From contig NC_042998.1 of assembly GCF_006345805.1 (NCBI RefSeq), positions 372,001 to 436,000 on the forward strand: 64,000 nucleotides of DNA, in the 5' to 3' direction. The stretch comes from Octopus sinensis. Taxonomy: Eukaryota. Of this stretch, positions 52,700 to 64,000 are shown in pieces. The notes below the pieces were generated by a model. The model was given only the letters and a program-made list of their open reading frames with translations, did not search any database and was not told where the DNA came from. Position 1 is the stretch's first letter. Each line of letters opens with the position of its first letter. A program made the position numbers and the translations under genes.

Positions 52700-54147
52700 A
52701 TCCTTTCTACAGGGCGCTGAAAAGAAAGGATAATATTGAAAGAAAGGGCCTGAAAGTAGTAATAGAGGAACTGAAACAGAGCCTCATGGCAAAGAAAGGA
52801 AAGATGGTAAGATACTACCGAAGAATGAAGGGTTACCACCAGAATAGGTTATTCAGAGTAGATCAGAAGAGATTCTATAAAGAAATACCTGGAGAGTGTA
52901 CAGGTGAAAAGTTGATACCAGATAACAATGAAAGTCAAAGGTTTTGGAGTGACATCTGGAGCAAAGACAAGGAGCACAAGAAGGATGCTGAATGGTTGCA
53001 AGAACTGAAACAAACAGTGGTCTGTCCAAAACAGGCAGAAATAGTCATTTCAGTTAGGGAAGTGAAGGAAATCAGCCAAAAATGAGCAACTGGAAGGGCC
53101 CAGGACCAGATGGAGTTCAAGGGTACTGGATCAAAAGATTTGGTGAATGTCATGCACTAATAGCCACACAACTGAACACCAACCAAGTAACACCAGAGTG
53201 GTTGACATTTGGTAGGACAGTGCCGTGCTAGAAAAACATTGAAAAAGGCAATATGGTAGGCAATTACAGGCTGATATCCTGTTTGCTACTCATGTGGGAA
53301 TTATTGACTGGAATACTCGCAGAGTCAATGTACAAACATCTGGAAAAAAAAATGGAGTCCAGCCACACGAGCAGAAGGGTTGCAAGCGTAAGTGCAGAGG
53401 TACCAAGGATCTACTCCTGATTGACAAAACTGTACTTAGAGACTACAAGAGGAGGAAAAGTAACTTAGCCATGTCGTGGATCGACTATTGTAAGGCATAT
53501 GATATGCTCCCGCACTCTTGGATTATGGAATGTTTGAACCTATTTGGTATTGCATTGAATGTTGAGCGATTACTTGGAAAAAGTATGGCAGAGTGGAGGA
53601 CGGACCTGACAGTATACGGAAGAAGCTTAGGGACAGTAGAAATTAGGAGTGGTATCTTCCAAGGGAACTGCCTGTCCCCACTGATCTTTGTACTGTGCTT
53701 GATACCACTAACACTGATTCTAAGGAAAGCAAAAACTGGGTATGTATTCAAAAGCCGCCAACAAAAAGCCAGCCATTTGTTATTCATGGATGACCTCAAA
53801 CTTTATGATAAAGATGAAACCCAAGTCAGTTTCCTCATTGATACAGTGTATACCTTCAGTGCTAATATCAGAATAGAGTTTGGACTGTGAAAGTGTGGTG
53901 TATTAGTCTTCAAGAGAGGCAAAATCAAATGTATGGATGGGCTAACAATACTGTTGGGGGAGGTTATGAAGCAGATAGAAGAGACAGGCTATAAGTACTT
54001 AAGGATTTTGGAAATGGATAAATTGATGGAGAAAGAAATGACAAAAATTTAAGGTGCAGTACTTGCTCAGACTGATCCTGATCCTTAAGTTGAAATTAAA
54101 TGGACGGAATAAGATCAAAGCTATCAACACCTGGGTGGTTTCAGTCC
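52700..54147 (+). mobile_element. Decayed R4/Dong-type retrotransposon RT region, subfamily 3 (truncated at both ends)
   Basis: [79 protein letters not shown]. Begins after (AAT)n at 52650-52700. Confidence 0.92.
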
Positions 54148-55345
54148 TTGAGTTTGTACCCACAAAACAAATTTCATTGCCACTCTTAGGATACCAATCT
54201 ACAATTAGCAGGATTGTTTAAGCTAGCTGTTTCTTTGAAGATAGTGCCTCATAAAGAGAAAACAAATAGTTTGATCAAAGAGTTGGTTTGAAAGTAAAAA
54301 AAGAAAGAGTTCACTACATCTTTTATTGTTTACTTGTTTCAATCATTGGACTGCAGCCAAGCTGAGACACTGCTTTGAAAGGTTTTAGTTGAACAAATCA
54401 ATCTCAGAACTTACTTTTTAAGTTTGGTAGTTATTTCTATATGTCTCTTTTGCTGAACTGCTAGATTACAGAGATATAAACAAACCAACAAAGATTGTCA
54501 AGCAGTGGGTGAAGGACAAACACAGACAAACACACACACGTTAGGCTTCCACACAGTTTCCATCAACCAATTTCATTCACAAGGCTTTGGTTGGCCTGGG
54601 TCTATAGTAGAAGATAATTGACCAGGGTGCTGCACATTGGGATTGAACTCAAAGCCATGTGGCTGCAATGCAAACTTCTTAACCACATAGCCTAAATGAA
54701 CAATTTTTGCTGCCCCCTATTTTGGCTAATAAAAAGGATTTGAAATTATATAAAAATAAAAAAATAACTAACAAATAAAAAAAATGCTTCCAACTTCACA
54801 ACTAATGGAACCTAAACAGGAGGAAAAAATCTTTTAATGTCTTAAATTACTTTAATAAATCTATAGATTTTCTTCCAAAAATATTTCTGTAAATTTACAC
54901 CGGTTATATTTTTACCGAAATCTCTTTTATCAAGCTATGCTACTTATCTTGCCCTATTTTGTTTAAATTTGATAAGAAGGGACCCTCCCTTCCTAAAATG
55001 TGTGTTTGCGGTAGGTATATGCTATCAAAGTTAACTTTGTTGTGAATTCAAACAGTTGACATTATCTTTATTTGTTTTTCATCTACATCGTATTGAGTTT
55101 GCTTAATTCCCAATTGTAGCAGCGAGATTAGTGAGAAACATTGTTTAATAACAATAATAACAATAATAATAATAATAATAAATAATAATAATAATAATAA
55201 ATAATAATAATGAGTGATAAGAAATATTAATTTCTTTATTCACTTGCAAAAAAAAACCCCCACCAAAACTTTAAAACACAATGACCACAATGTGTCAAAA
55301 TATAAATAAATGAAAAATGTCTGAATAACATGTGCACACACAAAC

Positions 55346-55379
<34 letters not shown>

Positions 55380-55381
<2 letters not shown>

Positions 55382-55775
55382 TACTCTTTTACTTGTTTCA
55401 GTTATTTGACAGAGGCCATGCTGGGGCACCGCATTTACTCGAGGAAATCAACCCCAGGCCTTATTCTTTGTAAGCCTAGTACTTATTTTATCAGTCTCTT
55501 TTGCTGAACTGCTAAGTTACGGGGACATAAATACACCAGCATCAGTTGTAAAGCGATGCTGGAGGGGACAAACACAAACACACACACACACACATATACA
55601 TATAAATATATACTACCATTTTCTTTCAGTTTCTGTCTACCAAATCCACTTACAAGGCTTTGGTCGGCCCGCGGCTATAGTAGAAGACACTTGCCCAAGG
55701 TGCCATGCAGTGGGACTGAACCCGGAACTGTGTGGTTGGTAAGCAAGCTACTTGCCACACAGTCACTCTTGCGCT
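55380..55775 (-). mobile_element. SINE family A copy, followed by a long (TA)n tract to ~55950
   Basis: Full family-A pattern, reverse complement. Confidence 0.9.
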
Positions 55776-55785
55776 TATATATATG

Positions 55786-55818
<33 letters not shown>

Positions 55819-55859
55819 ATGTGTATGATATATGCATATATATGTATGTATATATATAT

Positions 55860-55956
<97 letters not shown>

Positions 55957-58286
55957 ATGTATGTATATGTATACACACACACATACACAAACACGAGGTT
56001 ATTATAATGACCCTGTGCAATTTTAAATTACAAATTTGTATAACTTCAGTATGGGGCAAAAATATTCTATAAAAAAACATTTGGAAACTATCAATCAAAA
56101 AGTTTATTGTAACTGTTTCTTAATAATTACTTCAACTTTATTCTAGGATAAGCTGATGTGGTTCTGGTTAGCTCAAAATCAGCTGCAAATTGTGTTTTTA
56201 TAACTTCACATTCACACCCAGCTTTTATATGTAATTACTGTGGACATATTGAAAATTAATTAAATCAAGAATATAATTATTTTAAAATATCACAAATTCC
56301 TTCACTTATCCATTAAACGGATTAATTCTACTCTATATGTTTCTAAAAATCATATAAATTTAGAATTGCTCAATAACATGATAATATCAATGTGTGTGTG
56401 TGTGTGTGAGTATTTTATATAATTGCATATATAGATGTTATATATGGTACATACATACACACACATATATATAAAAATAATAAATGCACCCTTTTAAAGC
56501 CTAGCCAGGCTCATGGGCCCAGTTTCTCTGTTTCTATGGCGTATGTGTTCCCCATCGCAGCGTTACTCATTTTTGCCAGCTGAGTGGACTGGAGCAACGT
56601 AAATTGAAGTGTTTTGCTCAAGAACACAATGCATCGCCCGGTCCAGGAATCGAAACCACAATCTTACGATCATGATGCTGACACCCTAACCACTAAGCCA
56701 CACGCCTGCACATATATATATATATCAACATTCTTTTAATGTCTTCTTTTCTATGTTTGCATGTGTCAGCTGGGATTCATTGAAGCAGATTTTCTACATC
56801 TGGATGCCCTTCTTGTTGCCAAACCTCACCTGTTACCAAGCAAGGTAATATTTCCCCATAAGCAGGCATGTTTTTACAGAAGACTGGAAATGAATGCCCT
56901 GTGCACCCCACTTCCATGGCAGTGCTGCTTTTTTACAATGATTATACTAGGTCAACACAAAGAACCGCAAATGCATATCAAAGTGTTGTCTCAATGCTGT
57001 CTCATGGCCATAAGGCTTGTATTTGTATGTGTATATTTTATACACACCAACTCCCTGTATTATTTTCTGTCTTGTCTTACTCTGTTTTTGTCTTTTGTTT
57101 GTTTATTTTTGTCCCCATCCTCTCTGTTCACTCATTTGTTGTTGTTGTTGTTGATGCCACCAAAACAAACAACCTAATTGTTAAAGGCACAAAATTGTTA
57201 TGATTTTTGGATAAGAACTGATGAAGGATGAGCAGGTACAGATCTTGTCCATGTGTTCCTTTGTTATCCTTCTATGTAATTTTTGAACCAACACACGCAC
57301 GCATCCACACACGCATCCACACACGCTCGCACACACGCATCCACACACGCTCGCACACACGCTCGCACACACACACACAAGTGACAAGCTTCTTTCAGTT
57401 TCTGCCTTGAAAATCCACTCACAAAGCTTTGGTTGGCTCAGAACATAAGGGCAGACGAAATGCTGCCAAGCATTTCCCCTGGCGTGCTAATGTTTCTGCC
57501 AGCTCACCATCTACGAATAGGCAAACTTCTTACCATACAGACATGCCTGCACCTATATTATGTTCTGGGTGTGGAGCTTAGATATAGACACTAGTTATTT
57601 TCTTGTGCTAGGTGCTGATAGAGTTAACAATCAATAGCTTTCAGTTGCTATCATTGATAGTTTTTCTTTTATTTTTAAAGTAATGAGCAGAAAGCAGTGC
57701 TCATGATTTTTTAGAGGGCCTCTAAGACCGATGAGAGAACGGAGGAAGATATCCTGACACTAGAAAACAGAATGGTCTCTACTAAAGGCACCCAAGATGC
57801 AAGGAAGGTGTTTATATTAAACTGGGTGGTGGATTAAGTCTACCACACAAGTAGGATTGGGTGGCCATGCCAGGATTTGGTCTCAGAACATAAAGAACCA
57901 GAGTAAATAAAACATTATATCTGTTCTTCTTCCAGCTCTGCTCATCCAGAGGTATTTTTTAGTGAACCTGGAAGGATGAAAGATAAAGTTGACCCCAGTC
58001 AGATTTGAACTTATAACACAGAGAATTAGAGCTAATACAATGGGAGAGGTGAAGAAATCTCAATGAATTCTTAAATAATCCTTTCTAATTTTGGCACAAA
58101 GCAGTAATTTTGAGGGGGAAGTCAATTACATCAACTCCAGTACTCAACTGGTGCCTTATTCTACTGACCCCGAAAGGATGAAAGGCAAATTCAACCTTGG
58201 TGGCATTTGAACTCAGAATGTAAAGAAGAAAAGCTTCTAAGCATTTTGTCTAGCATGGTAATGATTCCACCAGCTTATCACCTTAA

Positions 58287-58505
58287 ACCTTTAGCATTTA
58301 AACTGGTCATATCCAGCCAAAGTATTCTACCTGTTCTATGTTCAAACTGACCAGATCCAGCTTCTCACACTCACCCTACAATGTCATTTTAAAAATAAAC
58401 AATCACATCATTGAAATCTCAAAGCTACAAGTTAATACATGTCAATTTAAAACAATGTGAATAAATAGGCATTACATTTGACGGAGTAATCTGAACGCTA
58501 AAGGG
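58287..58505 (+). mobile_element. piggyBac-type MITE (219 bp)
   Basis: TTAA|ACCTTTAGCATT ... GAACGCTAAAGGG|TTAA: short TIRs and TTAA on both sides. Confidence 0.75.
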
Positions 58506-59112
58506 TTAACAAATTCTTAAATAATAACGAAGCCCTATCCAGTTCAATCCCTAACACAAGCAGCAAATAAAGCCCCCCCTCTGTCCTCATAGGCTTGGTT
58601 TCACATCTAGACTAAATACCTATGAATGAGATCACAATTTGTAGTACATATATTTATTCATGACCTACCATTTGAAAAAAAGTAAAATGAACTCACTGTT
58701 ATTGTCAACAAACCACAATCTCTGTGGATAATCTAAGATATTTGATATATGCACCTCCACCCAGCAATTAGCAAAGAAGAAAGGATAGTCAAGAGTTTAA
58801 CCTGTTACTAGCGTTTTGATGGAGGATTTGATCACGGTATAGATGGTAGATTAGCTACCAGCTAGTTCTATGGTCAGTGACCCAGTGCTTCATGACTGAG
58901 CTGCTCTTATCTTCTTATATGCCAAGCAAGTGCACTGAAAAGTGTGTTGGCATACACATGTGTGTGTGTGTGTGTGTGTATACACATATATATATATACA
59001 TATAAACTGTGCATGTGAGAGAGAGAGAGAGATATGCATGTGTACATACTCATGTAAGCATAAGCAAATAGATTGTATAAATGTATTTATGATTATATCT
59101 ATAAATACATGC

Positions 59113-59148
<36 letters not shown>

Positions 59149-59404
59149 ACACACAGAGTGTACATGTTGAGTACCAAAGAAAACAGGTCAGTTCATGTCA
59201 AGCTGTGTAATTTCATTTATAACACTAACGCACAAGAAATATCACAACATGTATGCATCTACATATGTTGTTGTTGTTGGTGGCAATGACTTGTTTCCAA
59301 GTCTTTAGTACGTTTCAGTGTAGAGTGTGTGTGTGTGTGTGCATGGAGCAGGGATTTGTGCTGTAGGGGAAGATGAGCTAAACAAGAAGAGACAAGATAT
59401 TGTC

Positions 59405-59807
59405 GTAGGAGTGGCTGTGTGGTAAGTAGCTTGCTTACCAACCACATGGTTCCGGGTTCAGTCCCACTGCATGGCACCTTGGGTAAGTGTCTTCTACTAT
59501 AGCCTCGGGTCGACCAAAGCCTTGTGAGTGGATTTGGTAGACGGAAACTGAAAGAAGCCCGTCGTATATATGTATGTGTGTGTGTGTGTGTGTATGTTTG
59601 TGTGTTTTTGTTTGTCCCCCCAGCATCGCTTGACAACCGATGCTGGTGTGTTTACATCCCCATAACTTAGCGGTTTGGCAAAAGAGACCAATAGAATAAA
59701 TACTAGGGTTACAAAGAAAAAGTCCTGGGGTCGATTTGCTCGACTAAAGGCGGTGCTCCAGCATGACCACAGTCAAATGACTGAAACAAGTAAAAGAGTA
59801 AGAGTAA
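59405..59807 (+). mobile_element. SINE family A, well-preserved full-length copy
   Basis: tRNA-like head GTGGCTGTGTGGTAAGTAGC...GGGTTCAGTCCC, central (TG)n, and 3' ...GACTGAAACAAGTAAAAGAGTAAGAGT tail. Confidence 0.92.
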
Positions 59808-60070
59808 ATCACTGAATATCTACAGTTAACAATTGTGAACCAGACACACACACACACGAATATCTTTTATCTTTCACACATTTCAATCACTGAACTGTGG
59901 CCATGCTGGGGCATCAACTTTAAAGGTTCAGTCTAACATATCAACCCAAGTACTTATTTTGTAAGTCTAGAAGTTATTCTATTCAGTTCCATATTTAAGA
60001 GATGAGGAATTATGTACATTATCTATATTATTTATATTTGATGGATATTTGTCCTCATCTTGTTTGTTGT

Positions 60071-60118
60071 TAACACAATGTTTCGACTGATGTACCCCAC
60101 AGCTTTCATCAGGTGTCA
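60071..60118 (-). ncRNA. Minimal type-I hammerhead ribozyme relic in the Penelope terminal repeat
   Basis: 5'-TGACAC CTGATGA A AGCTG TGGGGTACAT CAGTC GAAAC ATT GTGTTA-3'. Helix I is TGACAC/GTGTTA; helix II is GCTG/CAGT; the core is intact. Confidence 0.75.
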
Positions 60119-61336
60119 TGGGGGAAATTTCGAACTTGGGTTCTCATTCCTAAAGTATTTTTCCTTCACAGAATTGATCAAGGATACTCCCATTGAATCC
60201 AACCAGATAGTGAGTCTAGATGTGATAAGTCTGTTCACCAAAGTCCCAGCTAGTGAAGTACTATCGGTGATTCAAAAGAAACTAGTGATAGAGACACCCA
60301 TCTAAAAGAACGCACTACTATACCAATAAGAAACCTGATGGAGATGTTGACCTTCTGTGTAGAAATTATCTACTTCAGTATGGACGCTAATATATATCGA
60401 CAAGAAGAGGGTTTAGCTATGCGTTTGCCATTATCACCGATAATAGCCAATATATACAAAGAATACTTTGAGAATTTGGCTTTCGGATCAACACCACTAA
60501 AACCAACCCTATGGCCGCAATATGTTGACAGCAGCTTTATACTCTGACTCCACTAGGAAGATGTCCAAGTGCTGTTAGATCATGTGAACTCGATAAAGTC
60601 ATCCATACAGTTCACAGGGGAAAAGGAAAAAGACAATCAGCTAGATTTCCTGGGCGTATTAATATCATTGGGATTTCTCAGTGCCTAAAGCATTGAGCAA
60701 AGAATATAAGTAGCGATTGTGATACCCACCATGAAGAAATGATGAAGCTCAGTAACAATCTATTAAGTAACAACTACCCCAAAAGCATTCTATCCACTCC
60801 AATTGAAAAGAAAAGAGAGGATGAAACCAATAAACTGTCCTCAGACAATCCACCTTATGTGAAAGGCCTCTCTGAAAAGAGACAAAAGGTATGCAGCCCA
60901 TATGACATCAGGACAGCATTCAAGAGTAATACAACACTTCGCAAATATCTCCTTCGAGTAAAACTACCAATAGAAGAGAATATGATCAAAAATTGTGTGT
61001 ACTCCATCCCATGCAGCTGTGGTAGGTTATACAAAGGCGAAACATGTTGACCCCTTAAAATAAGGGTAGATGAACATCACAAAGCTGTGACATGAGAAGA
61101 TATTGATAAGTTGGGTATAGCTGATCATGTATGGAAAAATGGAGAGCACCTCCCCCTGTGAGATGAAGGAGAACACCAGTGGAAAGTATGAAAACTCAAA
61201 GAAACAGTACATATGTTAGAACACAACAACCTCCTAAGCAGACTGAATGCAGATATGAATAGCATATGGGAACCGGCATTAAGGAAGGATAGGAAAATAT
61301 TAGATTTATAAGCCCTAAAATTCACTCCATAATTAC

Positions 61337-61409
61337 CCACATATGGCATAGTGGTTAAGAGTGTGGGCTACTAACCCAAAGATTCTGAGTTCAATTCCAG
61401 ACAGGGACC
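61337..61409 (+). other. tRNA-like segment (A box, anticodon hairpin, B box) in the Penelope 3' repeat; not a tRNA gene
   Basis: TGGCATAGTGG, TGGG-CTACTAA-CCCA and GAGTTCAATTCC are present. Acceptor and T stems do not pair canonically. Confidence 0.7.
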
Positions 61410-62279
61410 TGAATAATAATAATAACATCGAAAAATACCTTAACAACAAAAAAGATGAGGACAAATATCCATCAAATGTCAATAATGTAAATCAGTTATT
61501 CTATGGTCTATTTTTCCAAACTGCTGAGTTATGGGAACATAAACAAACCAATACTGGAACAAACATGCACACACACACACACACATGATGGGCTTTCACA
61601 CTCTGCATCTAACAAATTCATTTACAAGACAGTCTCTTTTACCAAACTGCTAAGTTACATAAACAGAAACAAACCAACACTGGTTGTTAAATGGCGAGGA
61701 GAGAACACTGACACAGGAAACACATACACATGATGGGTTTCCACTCCATTCTCATCCACTAAATTCCCTCAGGACATTGGTCAACCCAAAGTTGAAGAAC
61801 ATACAAGCCACATGTGCAACACAGTGGGACTGAACCCAAAACCAAGTAGTAGCAAAATGAGTTTACCAAGCTTGGTACCACACAGCCATGAAATAAATAT
61901 TTCCAACACACACTGCTACTTAAACAAAAAACATGATGAGTAAGGAGTTTTTGAAATTAGAACAGTTCTGTAATAAAACTGCTCTCACCAGTAAGATTCT
62001 CTAATTTCTTGCAAAATTATAGTAAACACAGAATGATGATGATGATGATGATGATGATGATAACAACAACAACACCAATTGATGTGGTTTTTCACTCCAA
62101 ATTTTCAGAGTGGTAAAATAAATATTTTAAACAGTTGACAGCTGGTTGTTGTTAAAAGCCATTGAAATTAATAATGAAAGTAATATATGAGGAATTAAAT
62201 AAAGTTAAAGAAATTTTATATAAACACTCACGTAAAAGTTTAAATTTATTGCTTGTTGTGAATGAAAATTATACATAGG

Positions 62280-62610
62280 CGTAGGGGTGGCTGTGTGGTA
62301 AGTAGCTGGCTTACAGACCACATGGTTCCGGGGTTCAGTACCACTGCGTGGCACCTTGGGCAAGTGTCTTCTACGATAGCCACGGGCCGACCAAAGCCTT
62401 GTGAGTGGATTTGGCAGACGGAAACTGAAAGAAGCCCGTCGTATATATGTATGTGTGTGTGTATTTGTGTGTCTGCGTTTGTCTCCCAGCATCGCTTGAC
62501 AACCGATGCTGGTGTGTTTGCGTCCCCATAACTTAGCGGTTTGGCAAAAGAGACTGATAGAATAAGTACTAGGCTTACAAAGAACAAGTCCTGGGGTTGA
62601 TTTACTCACA
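62280..62610 (+). mobile_element. SINE family A copy
   Basis: Family-A pattern; 3' end shortened. Confidence 0.9.
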
Positions 62611-63249
62611 CACATACATACACACACACTTATCTATATATGTGTGTGTGGGTATATACATGTGTATATATATAGGCATGTGTGTGTGACTGTATGTGTG
62701 TATGTATTCTTTTATTCTTTTACTTGTTTCAGTCATTTGATTGCAGCCATACTGGAGCACTACCTTGAAGGGTCAAAGTCAAACAAATTGACCCCGGTAC
62801 TTATTCTATTGGTCTCTTTTGCTGTTAAGTTAGAGGGATGTAAACACATCAACACCTGTCCCACAGTGATGGGGGTACAAACACAGACATAAATATACAT
62901 ACACACATATATATATATATATAGATATAGTTTCCTCCAAGCTCTCCCCTGCTCCCACCCATGCTGTCACGCCTGCCCCTACCTCCCTAACACCACCAGA
63001 CTGATAAGAGCCAATGACTATGATATATGACAAGGATATGCAAAGGCACATGGAAACATACACACACATATGAACTTACTCAAACCTGGTACTTGTTTTA
63101 TCATTCACTTTTGCCAAACCCCAAAGTTATGGTGACATAAAGAAAGAAACCCTGGTGGTAAGGGACAAATAAAAACACAAACCAAGACATACACATGTAC
63201 ACATGCACACACACATGGAAAAAGCCTGTCATGAATGTATATATATTGT

Positions 63250-63695
63250 TGTGACCCCCTTTGGTCATGAATGACCATTGGATTGCATCTAGAAAGTTAC
63301 CCTCCAAGGTACAAGTCTAGGCAAGGTTGTTTATGGAAGACCAGCAGTCGCCCACGCATACCAGCCTCCCCTCTCCATGCCACCGATGTTATCCAAGGGA
63401 AACAAAAAGGCACCAGTAATGTTGCAGCTCATTTATTAACGTGCAAGTGGCTGAGGACTCCACAGTTATGTGTACCCTTAACGTAGTTCTCGGGGAGATT
63501 CAGCGTGACACAGAGAAACAGGAAGAAAGAGCAAGAGAAAGTTGTGTTGAAAGAGTACAGCAGGGTTCACCACCACCCCCTGCTGGAGCCTCGTGGAGCT
63601 TTAGGTGCTTTCGCTCAATAAATACTCACAATGCCCGGTCTAGGAATCGAAACCTCGAGCCCACTACCCTAACCAGTGGGTCATTGCGTCTCAAC
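63250..63695 (-). mobile_element. Composite SINE family C region
   Basis: Family-C tail at 63250-63410 joined to the body and head variant at 63410-63695. Confidence 0.75.
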
Positions 63696-63738
<43 letters not shown>

Positions 63739-63742
<4 letters not shown>

Positions 63743-64000
63743 GTCATCCCATAAATAATGCGGTTTTTTATACTTCTTTTATTTTTCAAAGTTAAGATAA
63801 AGTTCTTTTCTAATCTAAAATATATTCTCCATTTTCTACAATGCTCTTCTATCTCTCTGGTAGACTTGCAAGGTCCCTCTTCCAAATTTCACTTGTTTGT
63901 GATGCAAAATACTCCTCCAGTACTGTTCTGACCTCGTCTACAGAATTCATATATTTTCCGTCCAAATGATTTTGAAGACTGCAGAATAAATGATTATCAG
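63739..64000 (-). mobile_element. Mariner transposon 3' end (transposase pseudogene + TIR), continuing beyond the window
   Basis: Minus strand reads DNHLFCSLQNHLDGKYMNSVDEVRTVLEEYFASQTSEIWKRDLASLPER*KSIVENGEYILD*. TIR TTGGGTCATCCCATAAATAATGCGG abuts TA in a (TA)n tract. Confidence 0.88.

Larger units (their letters stand above)
59984..61490 (+). mobile_element. Penelope-like element (RT + GIY-YIG), 5'-truncated, with an inverted terminal repeat copy
   Basis: IVSLDVISLFTKVP, GLAM..PLSPIIANIY.EYFE, YVDSSF, PYVKGLSEK, VYSIPCSCGRLYKGET, GIADHVW. 59984-60162 is an inverted copy of the 3' end (61431-61490). Confidence 0.92.

Noticed and set aside
57295-57378. 12-bp units in two variants (ACACACGCATCC/ACACACGCTCGC)
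   Set aside because: Ordinary slippage derivative of a (CA)n tract.
61337-61409. Functional tRNA-Ser(ACT) gene, and tRNA genes at SINE heads generally
   Set aside because: Acceptor and T stems are broken and there is no long variable arm; all such sequences are embedded in repeats.

Overview
This is AT-rich, microsatellite-dense eukaryotic DNA, intronic or intergenic. The SINE and microsatellite landscape looks like an Octopus (cephalopod) genome; that is recognition from memory, not a database hit. No complete host gene, rRNA, true tRNA or CRISPR array is supported. The window is dominated by mobile elements: (i) four copies of three R4/Dong-type non-LTR retrotransposons with a restriction-like endonuclease (RLE), all starting at (AAT)n tracts; (ii) a Penelope-like element (RT + GIY-YIG) with an inverted terminal copy carrying a minimal hammerhead ribozyme and a tRNA-like segment in its 3' repeat; (iii) many RTE-clade LINE relics and (GAT)n-tailed derivatives; (iv) one CR1 3' end; (v) three abundant tRNA-headed SINE families, labelled A, B and C here; (vi) non-autonomous Helitrons, MITEs and a mariner end. 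The main unexplained structures are a 3.8-kb tandem array of a chimeric unit (SINE fragment + decayed Ig-like coding segment + LINE endonuclease fragment), a candidate minus-strand exon followed by an AG|GT site with three donors spaced 23 nt apart, and a perfect 52-bp hairpin. Most ORFs in the supplied track are microsatellite or repeat artefacts. TE boundaries are approximate (about +/-10-30 nt) unless a TSD or terminus is quoted.
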